Origin: Candidatus Saccharimonadota bacterium
GTDB taxonomy: Bacteria; Patescibacteriota; Saccharimonadia; Saccharimonadales; Saccharimonadaceae
Direction of reading: 5' to 3'
NCBI GenBank assembly: GCA_017434345.1
Contig: JAFRFM010000039.1
Location: forward strand, 1-63,014
DNA length: 63,014 nt
Position numbers and translations under genes: made by a program. Under the pieces are notes generated by a model. It saw only the letters and a program-made list of their open reading frames with translations. It was not told the DNA's origin and ran no database searches. Within the stretch, counting starts at the first letter, position 1. Each line of letters opens with the position of its first letter. This document shows positions 1-8,266 of this stretch, in pieces.

Positions 1-108
1 AACGTTAAACTTCTCGCCCCTGTCGCGATGAACAATAACGACCGCTTCGCTATCCGCGAAGGTGGTAAGACCGTTGGCTCTGGTGTTATTACTAAGATTA
101 TCAAGTAA
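1..108 (+). CDS. tuf: Elongation factor Tu, C-terminal fragment (runs off window edge)
   Basis: Frame 1 reads [35 protein letters not shown], the EF-Tu C-terminal motif. Confidence 0.95.
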   Translation, partial: NVKLLAPVAMNNNDRFAIREGGKTVGSGVITKIIK

Positions 109-124
109 TAACTCCCCTCGGTAA

Positions 125-153
125 AAAAATACCCGCCTCTGGCGGGTATTTTT
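125..153 (+). terminator. Intrinsic terminator after tuf
   Basis: AAAATACCCGCC-TCT-GGCGGGTATTTTT hairpin with T tract. Confidence 0.85.
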
Positions 154-164
154 AGATGAACCCC

Positions 165-193
165 TTGCAAAAGTCTCTAAAATAGTGTATACT
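165..193 (+). promoter_or_regulatory. Sigma70-type promoter of rpsJ
   Basis: TTGCAA-17 bp-TATACT. Confidence 0.7.
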
Positions 194-276
194 AAAAAAC
201 ATAAAATTATCAAAATTAAGCCTGAACAACTCCATTCTTCGAGGTTATCAGGCAAGAAAGGTCAACATAATACATC

Positions 277-609
277 ATGGCAGAAGTCAAAGCTCAAAAA
301 AATGAAGGTCTAAAAATTCGTATTCGCCTAAAGGCCTACGATCACCGCGTTATCGATCAAAGCGCAAAACAGATTGTCGATACCGCTATCCGTACTGGCG
401 CTAACGTTAGCGGTCCAGTCCCTCTGCCTACAAAACGTAGTACTTTCACTGTCGTAAAGTCTCCGCATGTCTATAAGACCGGCGGCGAAGCCTTCGAGAT
501 GAAGGTTCATAAACGCCTTATTGACATCTCCTCTGCTACCCCTAAGACGATCGATTCTTTACAGAATCTCTCGCTCCCAGCCGGTGTAGATGCTGAAATC
601 CGTATGTAG
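277..609 (+). CDS. rpsJ: 30S ribosomal protein S10
   Basis: [19 protein letters not shown] and HKRLIDI motifs. Confidence 0.98.
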   Translation: MAEVKAQKNEGLKIRIRLKAYDHRVIDQSAKQIVDTAIRTGANVSGPVPLPTKRSTFTVVKSPHVYKTGGEAFEMKVHKRLIDISSATPKTIDSLQNLSLPAGVDAEIRM

Positions 610-617
610 TAAAGACT

Positions 618-647
618 AAAACGGGGAATAATTACTCCCCGTTTTTT
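618..647 (+). terminator. Intrinsic terminator after rpsJ
   Basis: AAAACGGGGA...TCCCCGTTTTTT. Confidence 0.8.
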
Positions 648-705
648 GTGTGAAATAGCCCCTTGCGAAGTCCTACTAAATTTGCTATAATAATAATAAG
701 TTTAT

Positions 706-790
706 GCTGGCTTCGCATAGTGGCAATTGCGGCAGACTGTAAATCTGCTCCCTTCGGGGTTCCTTGGTTCGAGTCCAAGAGCCAGCACCA
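706..790 (+). tRNA. tRNA-Tyr(GTA)
   Basis: Cloverleaf with anticodon arm GCAGA-CTGTAAA-TCTGC, long variable arm, GGTTCGAGTCC T-arm and encoded CCA. Confidence 0.95.
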
Positions 791-822
791 ATTAAAATTA
801 GCCCGGAGGGCTATTTTTAATT
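790..822. terminator. Bidirectional terminator between convergent tRNAs
   Basis: AATTAAAATTAGCCC-GGA-GGGCTATTTTTAATT. Confidence 0.7.
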
Positions 823-905
823 TCTGGAGCCGCGAGTACTTCGTACTCTTGCACCACTCGGAAATACAGCAAAAAATGCAAGCATTTTTTGCTGCATTTC
901 TTTCG

Positions 906-981
906 TGGAGCCGCGAGTCGGACTTGAACCGACGACCTGCCGCTTACAAGGCGGCTGCTCTACCAACTGAGCTATCACGGC
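906..981 (-). tRNA. tRNA-Thr(TGT)
   Basis: Reverse complement GCCGTGATAGCTCAGTTGGTAGAGCAGCCGCCTTGTAAGCGGCAGGTCGTCGGTTCAAGTCCGACTCGCGGCTCCA. Confidence 0.95.
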
Positions 982-1098
982 TTATACATAATAATATAGC
1001 ATAAAAAACTTTTTTTGACTACCCTTGACTAAATAAAGATATAATGCTATAATACAGGAAGAACCTAGTTGCAATTTTACAATAGAAGGGGGTAGAAC

Positions 1099-1764
1099 AT
1101 GAATGAACTTCAGAGAAGATTAAAGGAAATCAATATGCGTTCAGCAGAGAACGATCCGTTAGGTGCAGAGCGCAGCTTTTTCGAAAAGTATTGCGAAAAA
1201 GCCGATATGAAAACCGGCGAGGGAATTATGGCACTCATCCATAAACTCCGGGCCTCTGCAGTCCTACCGCTCGGCCGCATTGACGACGCGAAAGCTGCGT
1301 ATTATACACAACTGACCCTGCGTTACAGTAACGTATCTGCACTGCTCGATTATCTGTCTTTCATTATGAAAGCAGATTATCCGATATGCGGAAAAGAGGC
1401 CGTCCCGCACGTCCTTCGGGGCCTCCTCATCGAGGACGCAAAGAAAGGTATCTCTGGAGACGACCGGGATAAATCCGACCAGGAAAGGTATCGGAAAATC
1501 ATCGACCTACTCAGAAACGCCTCAGTTGACGACGTTATAGATTTAATCTATTACGTCGCAAACCAGATGCCGGAGGGGCTCGTGCCTTGCACAGATGTCA
1601 TTAGTGCTATCATTGAAGACGCCATGACATACGAACTGCTCAACCCGTGGCAACTCTTCTCGGTATTTGCCTTTGCGGTTGAGGATAAATTGATTGAAAA
1701 CCTCGAGGACGAGGTCGCAAATCAAATGCTTCTGCGTAACAGCCGACCACTCAGGAAACTATAA
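1099..1764 (+). CDS. Hypothetical protein (stand-alone ORFan cassette)
   Basis: 221-aa ORF with its own TTGACT/TATAAT promoter, an SD-like AAGGGGG and a downstream hairpin terminator (1776-1801); no family recognised. Confidence 0.75.
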   Translation: MNELQRRLKEINMRSAENDPLGAERSFFEKYCEKADMKTGEGIMALIHKLRASAVLPLGRIDDAKAAYYTQLTLRYSNVSALLDYLSFIMKADYPICGKEAVPHVLRGLLIEDAKKGISGDDRDKSDQERYRKIIDLLRNASVDDVIDLIYYVANQMPEGLVPCTDVISAIIEDAMTYELLNPWQLFSVFAFAVEDKLIENLEDEVANQMLLRNSRPLRKL

Positions 1765-1851
1765 TAAACTAGGTCTAGGCAGCCCCAGGGCTGCCTTTTT
1801 CATTAAATTACCCTTGCAAAAAGACCGTATCTATGATAAAATACACGTAAT

Positions 1852-2061
1852 ATGTCTAAGAAAAGTAATACTAAACGCAAGTTAGTTGGGCTCGTATCTG
1901 AGGAGTCTGGTATTCGTGCTTATTACACGAAAAAGAACACTCAGAATACTCCTGATAAACTCTCCCTTCGTAAGTATGACCCGATTCTTAAAAAGCACGT
2001 TGTCTTTACCGAAACTAAGAAGAACCTCGGTCGAAACGAAGTAAAAGAGAAGAAACGCTAA
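1852..2061 (+). CDS. rpmG: 50S ribosomal protein L33 (cysteine-free type)
   Basis: [26 protein letters not shown]. Confidence 0.95.
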   Translation: MSKKSNTKRKLVGLVSEESGIRAYYTKKNTQNTPDKLSLRKYDPILKKHVVFTETKKNLGRNEVKEKKR

Positions 2062-2090
2062 AATAACCCCGCTCGGCGGGGCTATTTTTT
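2062..2090 (+). terminator. Intrinsic terminator after rpmG
   Basis: AAATAACCCCGC-TCG-GCGGGGCTATTTTTT. Confidence 0.8.
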
Positions 2091-2093
2091 ATC

Positions 2094-2441
2094 ACGCAGG
2101 CAGGCCAGGGCGAATGGGCGAAGTGCCTTTGTCGGAGCCTGTGCTAGGGCGAATGGGCGAAGTGTCTTTGTCGGAGTCTGCGCTAGGGCGAATGGGCGAA
2201 GCGTCTTTGTCGGAGTCTGCGCCTTGCTAGGCGCAGGGTCAGGGTACGCTCTCTGTAAAGACAGAGAGCGTACGCCTGACCGCCGACAAAGACACTTCGC
2301 CCATCCACCCTAGTACAGGCTCCAGCAAAAGCGCTTAACCCATTCGCCCTAGTACAGGCTCCAGCAAAAGCGCTTAACCCATTCGCCCTAGTACAGGCTC
2401 CAGCAAAAGCGCTTAACCCATTCGCCCTAACCTGTCTGCGT
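2094..2441. repeat. Fold-back element copy A: ~350-bp palindrome of 39-bp tandem units around the conserved two-hairpin core
   Basis: Three 39-bp units at 2107-2223, core at about 2212-2284, and three identical inverted 39-bp units at 2312-2428; outer arm overlaps the GH57 stop codon. Confidence 0.9.
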
Positions 2442-3641
2442 AGCAATTTGCCCTAGCCGCCACTCCATATCTCTTAGTACGTTCATATAATACATAAACG
2501 CATCAAACGGCGAATCATAGGCCGAAAAGTAGGCATGTACGTCTCCGTCATTCCAGTATTTTGTACACATATAGTAAGCATGGTCAGAGGTAGTCAATTT
2601 ACGAAAATCGTCTATTAATCTCGCATTCCCAGACTTCACAATCTCTTCTCGCATACTATATAAGTAATTCATCGCCTCGCTCTGCATTTCATTACTCATC
2701 CACGCCGAAAGGTCGCGCTCTGTATCTGCCCAGGTCACCGTATCTGGCATTGAAATCTCATCTACTGGCTCTTCTAGCTCGCAAGCCTCGCTGACAGTTA
2801 CGAATTTATTGTCGTATTCCCCGAGCCAGCGCTCTATCAGTACGTTCATAAAGTCGAAAATTCCCGTATCTGCCCACTGGTGCTCACCAAAGGTCTCAAA
2901 GTCCATGAACAAATTAATCAGCGGCCCACGTAAAGCGTCCATATCTAGCCAGCCCTGGTACTTATCTACGGTCAGAGGCCACTCACTCCAGCCCTTATTA
3001 GAAAATCTAAAGGCTAGGTCGTCAGACAGACGATAATTTTTTAGCAGTAACCGCGTTCTTTTCGCACCAACCGGTTTATATACGTGATTCGGGCTTCTCC
3101 AGCCGAGAATTTTATCCCAGCCTTCTGCCAACACTCCGCGGAAGCCGAACCTATCGCACCACTCCCCGACCTCGTTATTATAAGATAACTCCGTATTGCG
3201 GAAAACGCGCGGTTTATAACCGAAAGTTTCATAAATCTTGCGATAATGCTGTCTTACCTGCGTCTCAAACTCTTCACGATTATAGAAAAAGCTCATCGAG
3301 TGATAGTAGGTTTCGGATAAAATTTCCACCTGACCAGTTTCTACCATTCTCCTAATCTGTTCCAAAAGTTCCGGAGCATAAAGTTCGGCTTGTTCTATCC
3401 AAGTTCCGGTAATCGAAAGCGAAACCTTAAATCCGGGGTATTTTTTCAAATTACCTTCTAATAAATCTAACATCGGACGATAAGACTTCTCTGCGACCTT
3501 CTCAAAAATCCGCTGATTATTCTGTTTGTCGTAATAATCTATCTCGTCCCAGTAGTTATGGTCGTGCGAAACGTCAAAAATACTATACCGCTCGTAGCGC
3601 CATGGCTGATGCATATGTAGATATAGACAAATCGCCCGCAC
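2427..3641 (-). CDS. Glycoside hydrolase family 57 (alpha-amylase-like)
   Basis: HMHQP, ETYYH, FRNTEL, FMDFETFGEH and TSDH.YYM GH57 conserved regions. Confidence 0.92.
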   Translation of the reverse strand: MRAICLYLHMHQPWRYERYSIFDVSHDHNYWDEIDYYDKQNNQRIFEKVAEKSYRPMLDLLEGNLKKYPGFKVSLSITGTWIEQAELYAPELLEQIRRMVETGQVEILSETYYHSMSFFYNREEFETQVRQHYRKIYETFGYKPRVFRNTELSYNNEVGEWCDRFGFRGVLAEGWDKILGWRSPNHVYKPVGAKRTRLLLKNYRLSDDLAFRFSNKGWSEWPLTVDKYQGWLDMDALRGPLINLFMDFETFGEHQWADTGIFDFMNVLIERWLGEYDNKFVTVSEACELEEPVDEISMPDTVTWADTERDLSAWMSNEMQSEAMNYLYSMREEIVKSGNARLIDDFRKLTTSDHAYYMCTKYWNDGDVHAYFSAYDSPFDAFMYYMNVLRDMEWRLGQIATQTG

Positions 3642-3642
3642 C

Positions 3643-4875
3643 CTATTTACCTCCGTTACGGTTATGTATTCTCACTTCATTATAAACCGAAATTATTTTT
3701 TCTGCAACATCATCCCAAGAGATATTTTTATATTCCTTAGAAATACCGTCTCGCAAAGTATTCCGTAGCCCCGAACTCTTTGAAATCGCTACGATTTCGT
3801 CGGCTAATTTTTCCTCGTCCCAAAAGTCATATTCCATCGCCGAGCGTAGAACTTCCGCTACGCCAGACTGTTTAGTCAAAATCAAGACATCACCGTGATG
3901 TGCTGCTTCTAATGCGGTCAGACCAAACGGCTCGGAAATAGAACTCATCACGAAAATATCCGCAACTTCATAAACATCTCGTAACTGTTTCCCGCGTACA
4001 AATCCAGTAAAAATCACATTTCTAGAAATACCGTATTTCGCGCTCATTTCGAGTAGCTCATCTTTCTGTTCTCCGTCGCCAGCAAACACGAACAATAACT
4101 TCGGGTTTTTCGTTAAAGCTTTCGCCGCCGCCCGCATCATATTCGCTAAGCCCTTCTGAATTGTAAATCTTCCGACCGTTGCGACGATAGTATAACCTAG
4201 GCCTTTCATCATTTCCAGATACTGATAATCTTCATCGTCATAATGATAAGCAGATTTTAGAAAACCTTCATCTAGAGAATTATAAACCACGTCGATTTTA
4301 TCGAGCGGGATATTGTATTTATCGTGAACAATTTTCCTAGTCGCCTGGCTTACTGCGATAATTTTATCTGCCAACATTAGTCCCTCGCGCTCAATCTCAT
4401 GTACAACTGGATTTCCGCCGTGCATTCCCGAGCGGTCATACTCCGTAGCATGGACATGAGCTACTAGTGGTATTCCGTAATTTTTCTTCGCTAGCACGCC
4501 TGCCTCAAATGTTAGCCAATCGTGCGCATGGACTACGTCCGGCTTATATTCCATTAGGTAATCATTTACGAAATTACAATAACTCTTCTGGACATCGCGA
4601 ATTGAAATCGTCTTCTGCTCGTCCGCGGTCGGTATGATTATATCTTCAAGGTATTTTGTATCGTAAGCTCCGACCCCGTAACGATATAGCGGGTCCAATT
4701 TCATCGCCGAAACCACCTTCATAAACTTAATGTCGGAATGGTCCGCAGTATAGGGAACCACAAAATCAATCTTTGCGCCATCCTTTGCTAGCGCTCTCGC
4801 GAGATTTAAACATGCCACACCCAAACCTCCGCTATTATGAGGTGGCAATTCCCAACCTAACATTAGAATATTCAT
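3643..4875 (-). CDS. GT4 family glycosyltransferase (glycogen-synthase-like)
   Basis: LGWELPP..SGGLG, HAHDW and SISEPFGLTALEA; typical neighbour of GH57. Confidence 0.92.
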   Translation of the reverse strand: MNILMLGWELPPHNSGGLGVACLNLARALAKDGAKIDFVVPYTADHSDIKFMKVVSAMKLDPLYRYGVGAYDTKYLEDIIIPTADEQKTISIRDVQKSYCNFVNDYLMEYKPDVVHAHDWLTFEAGVLAKKNYGIPLVAHVHATEYDRSGMHGGNPVVHEIEREGLMLADKIIAVSQATRKIVHDKYNIPLDKIDVVYNSLDEGFLKSAYHYDDEDYQYLEMMKGLGYTIVATVGRFTIQKGLANMMRAAAKALTKNPKLLFVFAGDGEQKDELLEMSAKYGISRNVIFTGFVRGKQLRDVYEVADIFVMSSISEPFGLTALEAAHHGDVLILTKQSGVAEVLRSAMEYDFWDEEKLADEIVAISKSSGLRNTLRDGISKEYKNISWDDVAEKIISVYNEVRIHNRNGGK

Positions 4876-4979
4876 CTATTTTATTGTAGCATACTTTTTA
4901 TGTTTTGTGTTAAAATAAATAATACTTACGAAATAAAACCTGGCGGCATCTAAAAATCTATGCTATAATCAGTTTAGAA

Positions 4980-5055
4980 AGGGGTATAGCTCAGTTGGTA
5001 GAGCACAGGTCTCCAAAACCTGGTGTCGGGGGTTCAAGTCCCTCTGCCCCTGCCA
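4980..5055 (+). tRNA. tRNA-Trp(CCA)
   Basis: AGGGGTATAGCTCAGTTGGTAGAGCACAGGTCTCCAAAACCTGGTGTCGGGGGTTCAAGTCCCTCTGCCCCTGCCA. Confidence 0.95.
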
Positions 5056-5102
5056 TAAATGACGTTCGGCTAAACCGAGCGTTTTTGTGCTATAATATAC
5101 CC

Positions 5103-5792
5103 ATGTTAAAATATTTCCGTTCGCTTAATCCTAAATGGCCGATTATTTGGATATCGCTCTATCTTAGCTTTTCTATTCTCGCGATTTTCCTCCCCGGCTC
5201 GTTTATTGTAGCGTTTCTCCGTTGTTCTGGAATTTTCTTAAACCTCGTTTTTGTGCTCATCTATTTTAGGAAAGATTATCTCTTAGATATCGCGCTCGGA
5301 TTTACTCTGATAGCCGACCTTATTCTTGCTTTCGATAACGTTTCAGTTTATGGCCTACTCATGTTCTGCTTTGCGCAATTTTTTCACTTTATCCGCCTCG
5401 AACAAATTACCAAAAAATCTATCAAACCAAGTATGATTTTCACATATCTCATCTTTGCTGCTACTATTTTTATCGTAGGTTTCAGCATCGTGCATACTAC
5501 AATTATCTATATCCTAGCTACTATTTATTTCCCAACACTCGCCTATAATATTTACCTTTCTTTCCGTTGGCAGCATATTAATCCGAAGTCTACCGCCCCT
5601 AGCATCGCGATCATCGGCTTTATCCTCTTCTTCGCTTGCGATACCTGTGTCGGGGTGTCCTATTTCTCTTCAATTGCCGTTCTTCCTGCCGCTATCCAGC
5701 CATTTGCGAATTATTTCGCATGGTTCTTCTACTATCCATCACAGATTTTTGTCGCAAATAGTTCAAAATTAAATAAATCTATGCTACAATAG
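5103..5792 (+). CDS. YhhN/lysoplasmalogenase-like membrane protein
   Basis: Multi-TM ORF with AD.IL, F..AQ, GFILFF.CD and FYY.SQ motifs; start moved to ATG 5103 because the longer ORF overlaps tRNA-Trp and a TGcTATAAT lies just upstream. Confidence 0.65.
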   Translation: MLKYFRSLNPKWPIIWISLYLSFSILAIFLPGSFIVAFLRCSGIFLNLVFVLIYFRKDYLLDIALGFTLIADLILAFDNVSVYGLLMFCFAQFFHFIRLEQITKKSIKPSMIFTYLIFAATIFIVGFSIVHTTIIYILATIYFPTLAYNIYLSFRWQHINPKSTAPSIAIIGFILFFACDTCVGVSYFSSIAVLPAAIQPFANYFAWFFYYPSQIFVANSSKLNKSMLQ

Positions 5793-5799
5793 AAACATT

Positions 5800-6285
5800 A
5801 TGGAAGGTAATAGATCACAGTCAAGAGCCATTTTGGTTTTCGGTGCGCCAGCCAGTGGTAAGACTACATTTTGCGAGAAGTTTTCTCGACAATTTCGAGC
5901 GCCATATTATAATCTAAACGAGCTTGCTACTAAACACGGCTTTTCTAGAAAGAAACTTCTAGTCATTTTAGATTTATTAGCACAAACCGGTCAAAATATC
6001 ATTATCGAGGGCGGCCTCGATACCGAAGCAGACCGTGACGAAATTAAGAAACTGTTCCGCTCTCGTGGATACACTCCGTCTCTGATTTGGATTCAGACCG
6101 ACGTTAATACTATTAAATCTCGCCTAAAAACTAGACTAAAATCCGTCGCAAAGGCTAAAGAGGCTTACGACGCAAAAATAGCCGTCCTCGAAGCCCCGAA
6201 CGAAGAGGAACACTCTATTGTTCTCTCCGGGAAACATACTTTCGATACGCAGCTAAAAGCTGTCCTGTCTCAACTTGCCGAGTAA
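5800..6285 (+). CDS. P-loop nucleotide kinase / AAA_33-like protein
   Basis: N-terminal GAPASGKTT Walker A; small NMP-kinase-like size. Confidence 0.75.
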   Translation: MEGNRSQSRAILVFGAPASGKTTFCEKFSRQFRAPYYNLNELATKHGFSRKKLLVILDLLAQTGQNIIIEGGLDTEADRDEIKKLFRSRGYTPSLIWIQTDVNTIKSRLKTRLKSVAKAKEAYDAKIAVLEAPNEEEHSIVLSGKHTFDTQLKAVLSQLAE

Positions 6286-6830
6286 TGATTATTAACGATA
6301 AAGAGTTCGGTGAAGTTCTAGTGCGTAGGAACGCCCTCGCCTCTGGCATCCGTTTTTCGGTATCTACTTCCGGACGGCTGCAGATGTCCGTACCTAAACG
6401 CACCTCTCTTTTGCGTGCTCAATTATACCTTAATGCTAACCGTGGTGCCATTCGCGAGAGATTACCAATAAAAGATCCCGCCTCGCAACGTGCCCGCGAC
6501 GCAAAAAAGAAAATTCTCGCTAAAAAGGCTAGGGAATACCTTCCGTACCGCCTAGAATATTTTGCCAATCTATACGGTTATCAATATAATAAAGTTCGCC
6601 TTTCTCATGCCGGCACCCGCTGGGGAAGTTGCTCTAGTAATCGCACGATTTCTCTGAATATCGGTCTTATGCAAGTCCCAGAAATCCTCCGTGACTATGT
6701 CATCATCCATGAGCTCGCCCACCTTAACCATATGGACCATTCCGCAGCTTTCTGGGCAGAAGTCGCCTCCCATGACCCCCACTATAAAACCCACCGCACT
6801 AAACTCAAGCAATTCTCTCCCGGCGTCTAG
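6285..6830 (+). CDS. YgjP/DUF45-like zinc metallopeptidase (M48-like)
   Basis: RWGSCS and YVIIHELAH...HS..FW. Confidence 0.88.
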   Translation: MIINDKEFGEVLVRRNALASGIRFSVSTSGRLQMSVPKRTSLLRAQLYLNANRGAIRERLPIKDPASQRARDAKKKILAKKAREYLPYRLEYFANLYGYQYNKVRLSHAGTRWGSCSSNRTISLNIGLMQVPEILRDYVIIHELAHLNHMDHSAAFWAEVASHDPHYKTHRTKLKQFSPGV

Positions 6831-6896
6831 CGCTTCCTATTGACTTTTTAGCACAAGTGTGATATAATAGAAACATAAATCATTAGAGGTCATAAG

Positions 6897-7607
6897 ATGA
6901 GATTAAAGGTGTTTAATTCAATCTGTAAAGATTTTTCAAGATTATTTGAAAAATACCACTGTCAAGGTGTAATTATTCCGCTTTTCATGCTGGTTTTCGG
7001 TTTTTCCTGTCTTTCTAAGGTAAACATCGCTACCTCTATTAATACTCAAAGTTACGACAAAGAAGTTGTAGCCTCATCTGGTTCTATCGATAAGGTCGAA
7101 TCTCCGGCACAGATAGATAAAGAAATTAGTAGTAGTTATAAGACTACCGTTCGTAATACGACTATCTCCTCTAGCGACGCTGTTCAGCTTACCTCGAAAT
7201 CTACACCTTCCGTCCCGGCTAATAGCATTACTATTAACGGTCAGACCGGTTCTATCTTCTATACTACCCCAGTAAATGGTGAATTCCCTGATACGGGCAG
7301 AAAGATAGGCCTCTATAACGGCGTCTTCCTATTCGGTCATCGTGGTTCTAGTGTCTTTTCTAACCTTTCTAGCCTCGGTGTTGGCTCGACCTTCACGATT
7401 ACTTTAAACGGTAATTCTAAACAATACGTAGTACAAAAAGCCGTTGTCCTAGATTACGATACGGCACAGAGTAATCGTGCTCAATATTACGTTGGCCGTG
7501 ATGAAAATTACAAAAAATACGATTATGTGCTTATGACCTGTGCCGGGCAATCTCTCGGTGGTGGGCAAGCTACCCACCGTCTCATGGTTTTCGTAAAAGA
7601 AGCCTAA
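6897..7607 (+). CDS. Sortase-family protein (class F-like)
   Basis: N-terminal TM; LFGHR, VLMTCAG and HRL give the His-Cys-Arg triad. Confidence 0.8.
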   Translation: MRLKVFNSICKDFSRLFEKYHCQGVIIPLFMLVFGFSCLSKVNIATSINTQSYDKEVVASSGSIDKVESPAQIDKEISSSYKTTVRNTTISSSDAVQLTSKSTPSVPANSITINGQTGSIFYTTPVNGEFPDTGRKIGLYNGVFLFGHRGSSVFSNLSSLGVGSTFTITLNGNSKQYVVQKAVVLDYDTAQSNRAQYYVGRDENYKKYDYVLMTCAGQSLGGGQATHRLMVFVKEA

Positions 7608-7693
7608 CCCTGTGGAAAACTTCTAAAAAATCGTAAAAAATCTTTCAAAAACACTAACACTTTCATCTAGCTTGTGCTATAATATAAACATAT

Positions 7694-8266
7694 ATGGGAA
7701 GTGTCATAAAGCATCAGATTGCTGATGTCGAGCCTATTCGGTTACGCCGGCATCGTTGGAGTTTACTCCGTACGAAGGTGGTCATCCTACTTTTCTATCT
7801 TATTGCTATTCCCGCCTACGTCATTATCGGGGTTCAGCCTTCTTCTACTTCGGTTGCGGAAACCCTCGCGCACGAGAGCGAAAACGCCTCTGGCTATCTG
7901 ATAATTAACAGTATCGGCCTTTCTACCCCTGTTGCTGATGTGTATTTACGCGACCGTACGCTTAATACTCCAGAGTATATCGCTGGCAGTTTTAGTAATC
8001 ATGACAATAAAACCTTACTTATTGGTCATTCCACGACCGTCTTTAAAAACTTGAAGGACACTAAGCTTGGCGACATTATAGATTACAACTCTGGTTCTTA
8101 CCGCATTACTAATATCGAGACTCGCGCAAAGGACAAAATCTCCATGTCCCAGATACTAGCAGAAGAAAAACGCGACACTATTGTCCTCATGACCTGTGCC
8201 GGCGAGTCGCTAGGCGGGCAAGATTACACCCACCGCCTCATTATTACCGCCGAAATCGTCGATTAA
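7694..8266 (+). CDS. Sortase-family protein (class F-like)
   Basis: N-terminal TM; LIGHS, VLMTCAG and HRLII; paralogue of the upstream gene. Confidence 0.8.
   Translation: MGSVIKHQIADVEPIRLRRHRWSLLRTKVVILLFYLIAIPAYVIIGVQPSSTSVAETLAHESENASGYLIINSIGLSTPVADVYLRDRTLNTPEYIAGSFSNHDNKTLLIGHSTTVFKNLKDTKLGDIIDYNSGSYRITNIETRAKDKISMSQILAEEKRDTIVLMTCAGESLGGQDYTHRLIITAEIVD

Noticed and set aside
663-1004. 113-aa ORF
   Set aside because: Runs across two tRNA genes and a terminator.
2107-2428. CRISPR array
   Set aside because: Units are contiguous with no unique spacers, they switch orientation around a central core, and there are no cas genes in the window.
2183-2446. 87-aa ORF with ACTRANGLSAFAG repeats
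   Set aside because: Artefact of the 39-bp (multiple of 3) repeat; overlaps the GH57 end and has no translation signals.
4995-5102. N-terminal extension of the membrane protein ORF
   Set aside because: Overlaps tRNA-Trp; an extended -10 points to ATG 5103.
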